Assembly: GCA_965235115.1 (NCBI GenBank)
Contig: OZ249452.1
Coordinates: 13,144,001-13,208,000 of the forward strand
Reading direction: 5' to 3'
Length of the DNA stretch: 64,000 bases
DNA from: Laetmonice hystrix
Taxonomy: Eukaryota
A program made the translations under genes and the position numbers. This document shows, piece after piece, positions 38,801 through 50,800 of this stretch (the stretch's first letter is position 1; each line of letters begins with the position of its first letter). The notes under the pieces were generated by a model. It made no database searches. It saw only the letters and a list, made by a program, of their open reading frames with translations, and had not been told where the DNA came from.

Positions 38801-41800
38801 TTTCGCTTCTCGATCAGTGGTATCTCGTGACGCAGGGGTGCCTTCGACAATACATTTATACTCCAGACAATTATTATTATTTTAAAGTCTTCTTTGGATG
38901 AAGTGTAAAAAGTTCTGAATGCAGCAGAACTGGCCACTCTATTACAACGTTAACGTCTTCAAAATACATAGCTGGTGTCAGTCATAACGTACTAACCGCA
39001 GTGTGGCAGCAGTTCTGAATATACTATAGCGGCCAGTCAGCCTTGATAAATACGAGTGGCGCTGAGACGCACTCACAATGGCACTCAGTCAAAAACCACC
39101 CTCAGTGATCCAGATACGGCCAACATGAAGGTCTGAATGTGCCCCACGTGAGTTATACACCCCTATACACTTACGTCGGCGTCTCACAACTAGCGCCTCC
39201 GGTCTCCCAGGGATCTTAAGGTAAGCGTTTATCTTCTAGATGTCCTTGGTGTGAGCGCTTACATACTGAACGCCCAGAGCGGTGCAGGCGGAGACGAAAT
39301 CTCACACCAGATGTCACCGATGGCGGTCAGCTGCTGATCTATACAACTCATTATATCCTAGATATATGACTTGATCACCACTCAGACTGTTATAAAACAC
39401 TGCCCAGAGCTCTACCAAACCGACATGCGCCGTTCGCAGCGCCACCTATATGTTCGTCTGCTTTAAATTTACGCGCCAAAAACCGATTACCCGGCCGAGG
39501 TGAACGGTATATCTCCCTACTGTTAACCGCCAAGCATGTCTGAATTTGGAGACAAGTTCATTGCACGCGACCTGTCCCTTTCAGTTTCACTACAATTATA
39601 TCTGTGTGCATATATACATATAGCTATGGGGTATACCCAGTTAGGCATCGATTGTGTTGACATTACAAAGCAGACGGTATGCAGATGTTTAGACTATACC
39701 CATCCCCCGGTGTAGAACAAAGTGTATTTTAGTATATAGGGCGATCGACCAGGCCAGCAACATTCGACCCCTAGAAACCCACAGTCTTGGCAAAGGTCGC
39801 TGCCTGACTGTGGACAAAGCACTCTCCCAAATATATAAACCAACTTTGTGGATCAGACCCCAAGACAAATGTTTGTGGAACGTCGCTGGCTGGCCAGTCC
39901 TCTAGACTTCCATAATTCCCACGTGTACCAGGATGACCCCTTCCCGACACCCTGGTAATTGATCATACAGTGACTTCATTTAATTGATCGCATCATATAA
40001 AATACATTAAAACGGTTTATCTGTGATCCTCCCAAAATAACATAAATAATGCACAAGGTAAAGGCATTTCGGAGCCGTTCTACCAATCTATGACGCATAA
40101 TTCTAGGACGATTGGAAGCTATTGAGCAGTCAGATTTTTTTTCTGATGCTATCGCGTAAATGGATGACGTCATATTAACCATCTCTTACCCACAATGCAC
40201 GGTGTTAGCGTGCGCACGTGGACGTGCACGGAAACGATCCCAGGGTTAAATATGACCGATTGTGCGTTCTCTGACTCATCACAACTATAGATCTTCCAGA
40301 GGCCATTTCAAAAATTACAAAAATTTCAGATACCATTTCACACATCCTTTCCATCTTTCACGGGTTATTCCCCCATGGTAACACTTTAATGAAATTGGGG
40401 TAGGGGTTAGGGGCAGGGTAGAAACAAGGACCGGAAGTAGGGATTAGGGCTAGGGACAGAGCAGGGACAGGGACCGGAAATAGGGATTAGGGCTAGGGAC
40501 AGAGCAGGGACAGGGACCGGAAGTACGGATTAGGGCTAGGGACAGAGCAGGGACAGGGACCGGAAGTACGGATTAGGGCTAGGGACAGAGCAGGGACAGG
40601 GACCGGAAGTAGGGATTAGGGCTAGGGACAGAGCAGGGACAGGGACCGGAAGTAGGGATTAGGCTAGGGACAGAGCAGGGACAAGGACCGGAAGTAGGGA
40701 TTAGGGCTAGGGACAGAGCAGGGGCAGGGACCGGAAGTAGGGATTAGGGCTAGGGACAGAGCAGGGGCAGGGACCGGAAGTAGGGATTAGGACTAGGGAC
40801 AGAGCAGGGACAGGGACCGGAAGTAGGGATTAGGGCTAGGGACAGAGCAGGGACAAGGACCAGAAGTACGGATTAGGGCTAGGGACAGAGGTGGGTGGGT
40901 ATTTGGGGTTTTACGCCTTGCAACAGCCAGGGTCATATCACGGCGGTGAAGATGATGATGATGATGAAAGTCAGTTTTTCTTGGTGGAGGAAACCGGAGT
41001 GCCCGGAGGAAACCACCGACCTTCGGGAAGGAACTGACTGACAAACCTTTCACACATGCAGCCCTGGCCGGGGATCGAACCCGGACCGCAGCGGTGTGAG
41101 GCGATGGCCCTAGGTGTCATGAGCCAGCACCTTTGACCACTCGGCCACCCGAGGCCCTGCTAGGGACAGAGCAGGGACACGTAAGATTTTTGGAGGGGGA
41201 GGTTTTGGGACCGGGATTTGAGTTCAGGGTTAGGTTTGGGGCTAGGAATGCTGCAAGTTTTTTTATAGTTCTACCACCAAGTTCTGTGGAGATGCTACCA
41301 TGGGGGACGTACCCAGGAACGTGTCGTCTGCTGCCTCTGACGTCATAGGATTCAAAATGCCGGGTCGGTGGAAACACTTGTTCTGTGTTCATCTCTTCGT
41401 GTATCTGGGTCATCGCAAACAGCGGCTGCACGGCCTTTACTTCCAGATCACATAAATAACATATGTCGTCATGACCTGATGCTATCCTGCCATATGGGAC
41501 CTTGCTTCAACTGAACTATACATGAACCAAACCTCTACTGAGTCACACAACCTTCACATCAGAAACACTGAATTTAATCCATCACATCTGAACATATTTA
41601 ATAATAGATCATCGCAGAAAAATAGGATAAATTGGTTTGGAGAAACAATCATTCTTTCTGTCCTTTATCTCTGAATAGTACAACTGTTCCAACATTGTGT
41701 GAATTATTCACGTGTCCAACATCCCTCTGTTTGCGTGTCCACTATCACTGTTCCCCCGACTCCCGCCCGTTCTGTCAGACCGTAGACGTAGAGTGTCAGA

Positions 41801-44800
41801 CTACTGTCGGATCCATAGTGTCGCAGCGTTCCCACTGTCGTCCTGGATACAGCTCAAACTGGCCCTGACCTTCTCACAAATGTCAACAGCCTATATGGAC
41901 ATATTTGTCAGATTATCAGTAAATCGCCCAGAATCACTCTATGTGACCGCCTGACCGCTTGGCTACTTCCCCGTCTGTATAATAACGACTTTAGACAGCA
42001 TGTTTTAAAGCTACCACCATAATCCACTGACAGTCGAGTACGGACAATAAAAGCTACGTTAAAATGTATCGCTTGCATTCTGTGCACAGTTCTTGTATTC
42101 CTGTGCACAGTTCTTGTATTCTGTGCAGTTCTTGCAGGCTGTGCACAGTTCTTGTATTCCTGTGCACAGTTCTTGCATTCTGTGCACAGTTCTTGTATTC
42201 TGTGCACAGTTCTTGTATTCTGTTCACAGTTCTTGTATTCCTGTGCACAGTTCTTGCATTCTGTGCAGTTCTTGCAGGCTGTGCTTAGTTCCTGCATTCT
42301 GTGCATACAGTTTAATAGATACAGTCAGACTTTTGATTGAGTTCGCTCTAACTCGGGAGAGCTGATGTTGATATACATGTAATTACACGGTCGTCGCGAC
42401 TATCACAGCTGACAGATAAAATGACGGTCAATTAGTATGTGGGAGGTCATGTCTATATCAATAACTGCACCCCATAACACTAAAGGAAGGGAAACATATT
42501 TGTTTTGGCTTTACATATCAAGATGTAATTATGTAAAAACGGACTCAGTCAAGGAGTTTTTGTATAAAAACAACCATCATGAAAATGCAGGTCCAATGGG
42601 ACATGTTGCGTCCCGCATTTTACATAGGAAAGGCCTATTTACGCTGCATGATGACCTAAATCCGGTCCCCTTTTTATATAAGCGTTGACTTGACTTACTA
42701 CATCTAGCCATAAACAACGCAGTTTATATTTACTTACACAAACACAGCATGCCTACCGTTTGGATAACAGTTTCATGATGCTTGGACAAAACGATTTCAT
42801 TTTTGTTTTGTTTTTACCTGCTAAAAAACAACAACCAAAATTCTCTTCATTGCTGTGGAACAGTTGCTATCGATTCACCATCCTTGTGTGCAGAATTTCA
42901 CCATGGCAACACTTGTGGAGCAGAACGCATAAAAAATATTCATATTCTGCCAGCATAATTCACCAAGGCTTGTAATACCATGAGAAAACCATACACTGGC
43001 ACAGATAAGTCATCCGTCTCTCTGTCCAATCGGGAGAGAACAAACAACTCTTAAACCTAGTTGATCTTGGAGAAGATTTTTTTAATAGAAACACATACCT
43101 TGGCATTATCCAGCTGCTTCCGTATCTGTTCAGGATTAGCGTCGCCTGGCACCTCGAGACTCTGAATCTCAGCCTCGATTTCACCCAGCCACGACTGGAG
43201 GTCGGCGTGAGTTTCGCTGAAATGTGACGCCAGGGGGAGCGCTTCCTCAAGCAGAGCTAGCCGCTCGTTGGAGAGCTTGCAGACGAGATCCGCCTGGTTT
43301 CGTATCGTATCGAGTTTGTTTTTAATGTCGTCTGCTTCCTCGTTTGTCGTTTCCCGTAACATTCGGTTACACTTGTCGATGGTTTCGTTTACGGCCTGGC
43401 GTTTGTTTTCAAGGTCGTCATGGAACGCCTGAAACGGGAGAATAGGTCGGGGGGCTAGATGAGAGGGGGCAAAGTGAAATCGGACATTTTGAATGTATTT
43501 TTACTTTGAAACTTGCCAAGTAAAATGAAGGTGTCGAAATATGTATGAGTGCTCAAGAATGAATTTGGGCGAGTACAACCGCGGGTTCAAAAACAAAATC
43601 TACGTAAAAAGATGCTTAAGTCAGTTTCAAACATTCAGAATAAAGTGTGACTGATTGCAAGTTTATAGTTGTATTCATAATTTACATGAACAAAAACGAT
43701 TATCAGACGGACCCATTATCATTAATTCACATCGTCTGGCATATAGCGGTAGTTCCGGCGCAGACCGCCAGGCTACGCCACAGTACTCCAACTGATTGAT
43801 AAGCACGACTCGGCTGAACTCGGTGAACCTCGGCGAACCTCAGTTTTCCGGAAAGACCGGTATGACTTATGGCTCCACGTGGCTGCACGTGCACCATGGG
43901 ATGTGTGGCAATGCTATTGATTCAGTCTCGTCTGCTAAATCGCCTAAAGCCGTCTGGTCTAACCTAAAATTAATGTTCTCTGTGATGGGATCTGTACAAC
44001 AAGCAGTTAGCTAATTGAAAGCTATAGAACAGGGTCTGTTCGGTGCCACAACTACCCAGTACCGTTGGGTGTTGCTATCTACCGTTGGAGGAAATATGCT
44101 TATTTTGTATTTTAGAGATTAAGTCCCGACTCGTCACCGCGAAAATGCACGACCTTGTCTGACCTCTTAATGTCACCAAGGTCAATGAAAAAATTGCAAA
44201 CCGAAACTTCATTTATGTCTGTCCATGCAACCATCTTTGAACAATGAACGTTGATTAGCTGGTTTTCTTGATCTATTTTTAAGATACTGGTCAGTAGAAA
44301 GATGCGCGACCTTGACTGACCTTGAGAGTGAGTGTACACTTACCCGATGGTCCCTGAGTTGGACGGCCAGGGTCTCGGGGTCTGTACTGATTGGTTCGGC
44401 TGTGTTGATCTCATTCTCAGCCTTGTCGAGGTACTTGAGTAGGTCGTCGATCTCACGCAGGGCCTGCAAACAATTAAACAAATACGTAAACAAATACATA
44501 AACAAGTAAACAAAAAAAACCCACAAATATATTTATTTGAAACAAGGAAATAAACAGTGTTATAACCAGAGCATTAATTGTATATGGTCAATTTAATGCC
44601 CGGCCATTGGACTGCCAGCACGGCAAACCAGCAGGCGGCACTGAGGAGTCAAGTGCTTCCCTCTGGTGGTAAAATGGTGAACTAGTACTGTGCTTTCGCT
44701 ATTCCTCTAAAAATACATGTTAATCTGAGACACAATTTTGTATCCTGAATAAAACCTTGACTGTTTACTGGATATATTGGTTAAGGTCGCACTTCTGTTT

Positions 44801-47800
44801 TCAATGTGCCGACGGCAGGGCATAGATCCTATACCATATTTTCTCCATCCACAGTTCGAGCCCCGCCGGCTATAATATCTGGGTGTCGGGGGGGGGGGGG
44901 GTAATACCTACATGATCTACACCTAGATCATACATTTTGGATAAAATTTGATTTTTCTATTATTTCAGAGTTGTCTATTCTTCACATTTCGTTAAGATTC
45001 ATTGGCGGACTATTAATATCGTACCTCATCAGTAACAAGGCTGAAACCATGAAAATACAGAGATCGTTTCTTGGTAATCAACGACGATAAATCCGCCAAG
45101 GGCGTGGCTCTGCGAGGAACCGTCTCTCTCACCACCGTTTTACAAGACAAAGGATCTCTCTCCGCTATACGTGTGGCTTGACGGATAGTTCGGCCAGTTG
45201 CCACCAGATGGCGCGGTGTACGCCCCATGATCTGGCTGGTTTGAGTAAAACAACGTGTGGTCACGAAAACCTCCACTGGTATGGTAAAACGTGTTTTCTC
45301 CTCCATACTGATGGTAATATGACGTCAGATCAGTGTGTATCTCCAACCATACAGACCTGGCAGTTGTTCCTATGGCTTCCCGTAGTATTCAATTGGTCTC
45401 TGACCCCCCGGCCGTAACATACCCACAGAATTAGAAGCAGGGGTCAGAGTCAAGGACAGGCCGGGGCCGGGGAGCTATGGATAGGTTTTTAGGGGGAGGA
45501 CTGGGACCGAGATTAGGGGTTAGGTTTAGGTTTGGGGTGTAGGAATAGTCCAAGATTTTCCGTTCTCAACACCAAAGTTCGTGCATATTTTACAATGGGG
45601 ATATATACGAATCGGAGGCAGGCAGACACCATCCCTATGGGAGCGGGGGACGGGGCTCCAGCTGGAGATGATCTCAGTGTGAGGATAAACGTGGATTATC
45701 CCCGGGAGCCTGTCTATGTCTGAGGTGAAGTCAGCTGGGGGTTTGGGGGTTGGGGGTGGGGTGGGTGTATGAGTCATGCACGTGAGCCAGACCCGCCACG
45801 CGCGGAGTCTACATGTACGTCAGGTAGACCCTCTGGCTATTTTCTGTTATACATGCATGTCTCAATGTTATGTAGTATGTACATGTTATACATGCATGGC
45901 TCAATGTTATGTAGTATGTACATGTTATACATGCATGGCTCAATGTTATGTAGTATGTACATGTTATACATGCATGTCTCAATGTTATGTAGTATGTACA
46001 TGTTATACATGCATGTCTCAATGTTATGTAGTATATCTACATGTTATACATGCATGTCTCAATGTTATGTAGTATATCTACATGTTATACATGCATGTCT
46101 CAATGTTACGTAGTATGTACATGTATGTTATATACATGCATGGCTCAATGTTATGTAGTATGTACATGTTATACATGCATGTCTCAATGTTATGTAGTAT
46201 GTACATGTTATACATGCATGTCTCAATGTTATGTAGTATGTACATGTTATACATGCATGTCTCAATGTTATGTAGTATGTACATGTTTACATTACAATTA
46301 ACACATGTGTATACAAGATAGAGGTGTGGACAGGTAGATGTAGTGATGCCGGGGTTGAGAAGTGGTGTGGGGTACGAGGGGTGGTTACGAGGGTGAATCT
46401 CCCGGGGGGGAGGGTCGTATCAAGACGTGTACAACCCAGGTGGGATAAACGCCAAGTATATTTTTAGTTGAAGTCCTCGCGACTCCAGTGAAATCCAATA
46501 TCTTGATGTGCCCGGCGTACTGAAAATGGTGAAAACCCAGCACATAGCCTGTGGATTTCAACTTGAGCCTGAAATATCTCACTCACCAGGGGGGTGACAG
46601 AGTGGGCACGGGAGATATAGGGTTAGATCTCGCATGTTGCGGCAGGCATGGCCCATTCACGTACATTCAGATCATCCCGGGTCTTTAATATTACTTTATT
46701 TTGTGTTTCCATAAAAATAAGGAAATATCTCTTGACGATAAGGGGCGCACTATATTGGATACCTAGACGGAGAAGACGTCGTTTTTTTTGGTTCACCACA
46801 CGTGTAACAAAAGAGAAATCCACTAGAGAAACAGTTCTTGTTTGGTAATGATAAACAGTTTGCACAGAAAGGACCCCCACCGCACCCTTTATACCAAAGG
46901 GGTATTCGGAAAGCGCTTGAAAATTTTTTTTTAGGGGGCCTGGTACAGGGGGTACAATCCCAGGTACACCCCCCTGCAGTATAGAAGAGAAAAGACCTCG
47001 AGTAGTACGATCATTTGTAGGAGGAGCTCAGTAATACTCACAGCGAATGAGATCATTTGTACGAGGAGTTCCGTGAGGTCGTGCCACTTGCCCTGAGTAT
47101 CAGCCAAGGTTTCCTTGAGTCGGTTCTCATCTCCAGTGTTTGGGTCATCAATCAAAGCCCTGCCCACCCTCTTGATGTGATCCAGGTCAGCCTGCTTCCC
47201 TTGCTTCTGTCCGTACAGGTTCTCGATCTTGTCCTTGAGGGCGCTCGGGTCAAAGTCGCTGCTGTCCCGCTTGAGTGAGTTCACGGCGTTACCTAACCAC
47301 GACTCGAGTTGCTTCACGTTGGTGTGCAGCGCCCCTGATGGAAACAAACCAAACCAAAGTTGTTTTTAGAAATCAGACAAATTCTGAAGAGATGTGAAAG
47401 AATTAGGAAGACCTAAATAAACAGAGTTATATCTCCGAAGCCCAGCTGGAAAGAGTTAGTAAGGTATGTACATATATTTAGATATATATCACTCCATCAC
47501 AATCTTGGTGAACCGATAAAATATATACCAGCTTTCTGCCTTCATTTTTTCCCCTTTTGATACGAAATGGCTATTTTTGTTTATTTCTGCTGTTTATCGT
47601 CAACACTATATCAATGGGTACATTTCGTTGGATGGTAGGACATCTGACCGAGGTTACAAGTTCAGTTTTTATATATCTGGTGCCTTGATTGATATATCTC
47701 CCAGTGCAAACTGATATACTACACTGACATAGATACAGACTTACGAACTGAACTTATCATGACACACTGGGACCTGATAAAAACGTCTATGCCTGATAAA

Positions 47801-50800
47801 CACCGAATAGTAATGGCGCTAATCTTCCAAATGCAGGCTGATGGAAATAAAACTATTTTTACGATCCTCCCAACAACTTCATCTACAACCACAGGCTAAG
47901 TACGGAAGTAAGTAATTGATCACTTGTTTGTGTAAATTCTTTCAGCCATTGTACACAGCCTCGTTGTGGTTGGTCCCCATATACCACGTAATCTTGATCT
48001 AAATCAACTGAAATTACAACGTTTGATACGGTATGCCGACTTCTACAAACGTCCCAGCCCGAGGGCTGTACCTCTGACCCGAGAAGGGAGGGGGCCAACC
48101 ACTAGAATGTATAGTGTGATAACGACTGACGAATCTCAAACAATTCTACATTAGTTTCACTTGAATCTAAGACTGGCACAAAGAAGGTGTGCACCCATGA
48201 GAGAGAACTTCGCCCGTAGTCGGTTTTGGTGATAGAAAACCCTCAGGTAGGCCTGGTGGGGGACGGGGAGAGATATGGTGAAATTAAGGACTGAAGAAAT
48301 GGGGTATACCCTAAACGAACTATACTTAAAGTTGAGCGTCCTTACCATCATAATGACATTGTCATTCAATAAATATACCAGAAGTTTCAAGGCACCAAAT
48401 GTTGCAATGTTTTAAGCCAATTGTATCTCGTAGCATGCAGTATTAAACATTACAGTTTGTGTCCTGCGGGCGGATAATAACAATGTACATGTACATTGAT
48501 TACTAAGTGTGTATCAGTCGCCACCAGTGGGCCTTGTCATCGTCAAGGGTGTGATGCCAGCCAGCCAGCGGATGACATACTGACCCCAGAATGGAGGTCA
48601 TAATGACGCCATATAGAACACGTCAAACCTGCCACCGGGCAAGTCACCACTGATTACAGTAATTACAGTGTATCACAACACAATACAATAAAAGTAATTA
48701 CCAAACAATAAGCCAATCAGATCTTGCGGCGTGTCCTTGGTTTCTCACATTGAAACTAAATGAGCATACTGTCTAGAATTAAAAACACAATACGTTTACG
48801 TAAGGTACAGAGGCGGAAAGCTCAGTTTGCTGGAAATCTCAGACCGCCGGAAGGTTCATACTGAGACACCGGCCGACACTGACTGACAGACAATAATGCT
48901 CACCTAGTTTCTGGACGACGTCCTCCAGCTCAGCGCCCCGTTGCTGGGCCCTGGAGTCCAGGATATCGAACCTATCCACCAGCTGTTCCAGCTTGTCCTC
49001 AGCGCCTTGCCTGTCCTTGGACTGTTCCACCACACCGTCTATCCTTGCCTTGTGAGTCTCCATGTCTGAGACCAGCACCCGGTGAGCTTGGATCTGAGCA
49101 GTCAGAGCATCCCGGTCTAAACTGACCGGTTTCATGTTGTCAAACACGGCTTCAGTTTCCACGATCCAGCCCAGTAACCCATCCAGTGTGTGATGAACGT
49201 CCTGAGAGTCAGTAATCGCTTTTGATATCCGGTGTTGTTTATCTACAACACCTTCTTGAATGTAATCGTACTTCCCAGCCACGCCTTCCACGGTGTTTTG
49301 AATTTCCCGCGCTTTTGGCGAGTCGGCGCAGTCCAGCGCTTCCAGGATCGAAAGTAGGTCTTCGCCGACGGCACGTAAATCCTCGACGTGTTTGCCTTCA
49401 GCGATGACGTCATTGGTTAGCGACTTCAAGGCCTCGATCTGTTCCTGCGGGTCCTGCCCTGGTACCAACTCCTCCGCGCATGCGCTCATCCGGGCTTCCA
49501 TCTCCGGAAGTGACGTAGTGAGCCTCTCCTTGAGGTCATTGTACTGTTTATTTTTGGCGGCGGTTTCGGCGAGTTTGGCCATCATGGCGCTGCACTGTCC
49601 TACCACCTCTTTAAAACGGTTGTTGACGCGCTTGGTCTCTGCGTCTATGACAACCCGTGGCTCCCCCTGGGGCTTGGGAATTTTCTGTTGAAGGCTGCGC
49701 CGGTACTTGTCTGCATCCTTCTCGTATTCCTGGAAACATACAGACCACAGGGCGGTCAANNNNNNNNNNNNNNNNNNNNNNNNNNNNNNNNNNNNNNNNN
49801 NNNNNNNNNNNNNNNNNNNNNNNNNNNNNNNNNNNNNNNNNNNNNNNNNNNNNNNNNNNNNNNNNNNNNNNNNNNNNNNNNNNNNNNNNNNNNNNNNNNN
49901 NNNNNNNNNNNNNNNNNNNNNNNNNNNNNNNNNNNNNNNNNNNNNNNNNNNNNNNNNNNNNNNNNNNNNNNNNNAAAATGATCTAAATCTTCACATTCAT
50001 AATACAACGCTTTATACGCTTATGCCTGTAAAGGAGCTACAGAATGATCATTTCACGTATATAGTTGAGTGTCGCTAGTGTATGGCCTCAGAGCTTCCAT
50101 AGTCTATAACCTCTCAACTTAAAGCCACAGTCTCGTCCTTCAGCTACAGCATAGGAACTGACCTCTATAAATAGCACATCGACCGTTAGGATGGCCAGCC
50201 TAGCGCACAATGCCGGAGGACGGGACTGCCGCTTTAACTGAGAGTAGATCGAGTCTTTTTCTTCATACCAAGAGAGAATCTAAGTTCTCCCAATCTTCCC
50301 GCATATTTGTCCGTTTTATTGACGGCGTTTTATCGTGACCGCAAAATGAATTGAGGTTTCCTGTCTGGCTCTTGGAGGCATTGATGACGAGTGGATGACC
50401 TAAATCTAGATTCTATGGGCACAGTTGGGGATCAAGGCGGGTCGAACCGAACAAAACATCCACAGGTACTTGAGTATGTATAGTCCAATGAGATTACACT
50501 ATTGTCACCGAGGTATATAAGATGGGATTGGGAGCCTTCCTGATTCAAACATCGACTTCTCCCGTCTCAAGTCAAAGGAGACCGATGACACTCGAGACAT
50601 TGATTGAAACTACCACCTGATGTTCATCTTAAATGTTTGCTCTATATGTAACCGACCCTCTTGTCTACCAAGGAATGGAGCACCCATGATCTTCGCACTG
50701 GGCAATGGCAGATGGTGCACAGATTTCATACTGGATGACTGTGGAGACTATACCTTTGGTATTAGACGACATCGTTTTGAAAGGTGCTAACACCTCACAC

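Noticed and set aside
34487-46321. His/Cys/Tyr/Met-rich repetitive ORFs at 34487-34913, 37183-38055, 41908-42365 and 45769-46321
   Set aside because: Each maps exactly onto a minisatellite and is open in several frames and on both strands.
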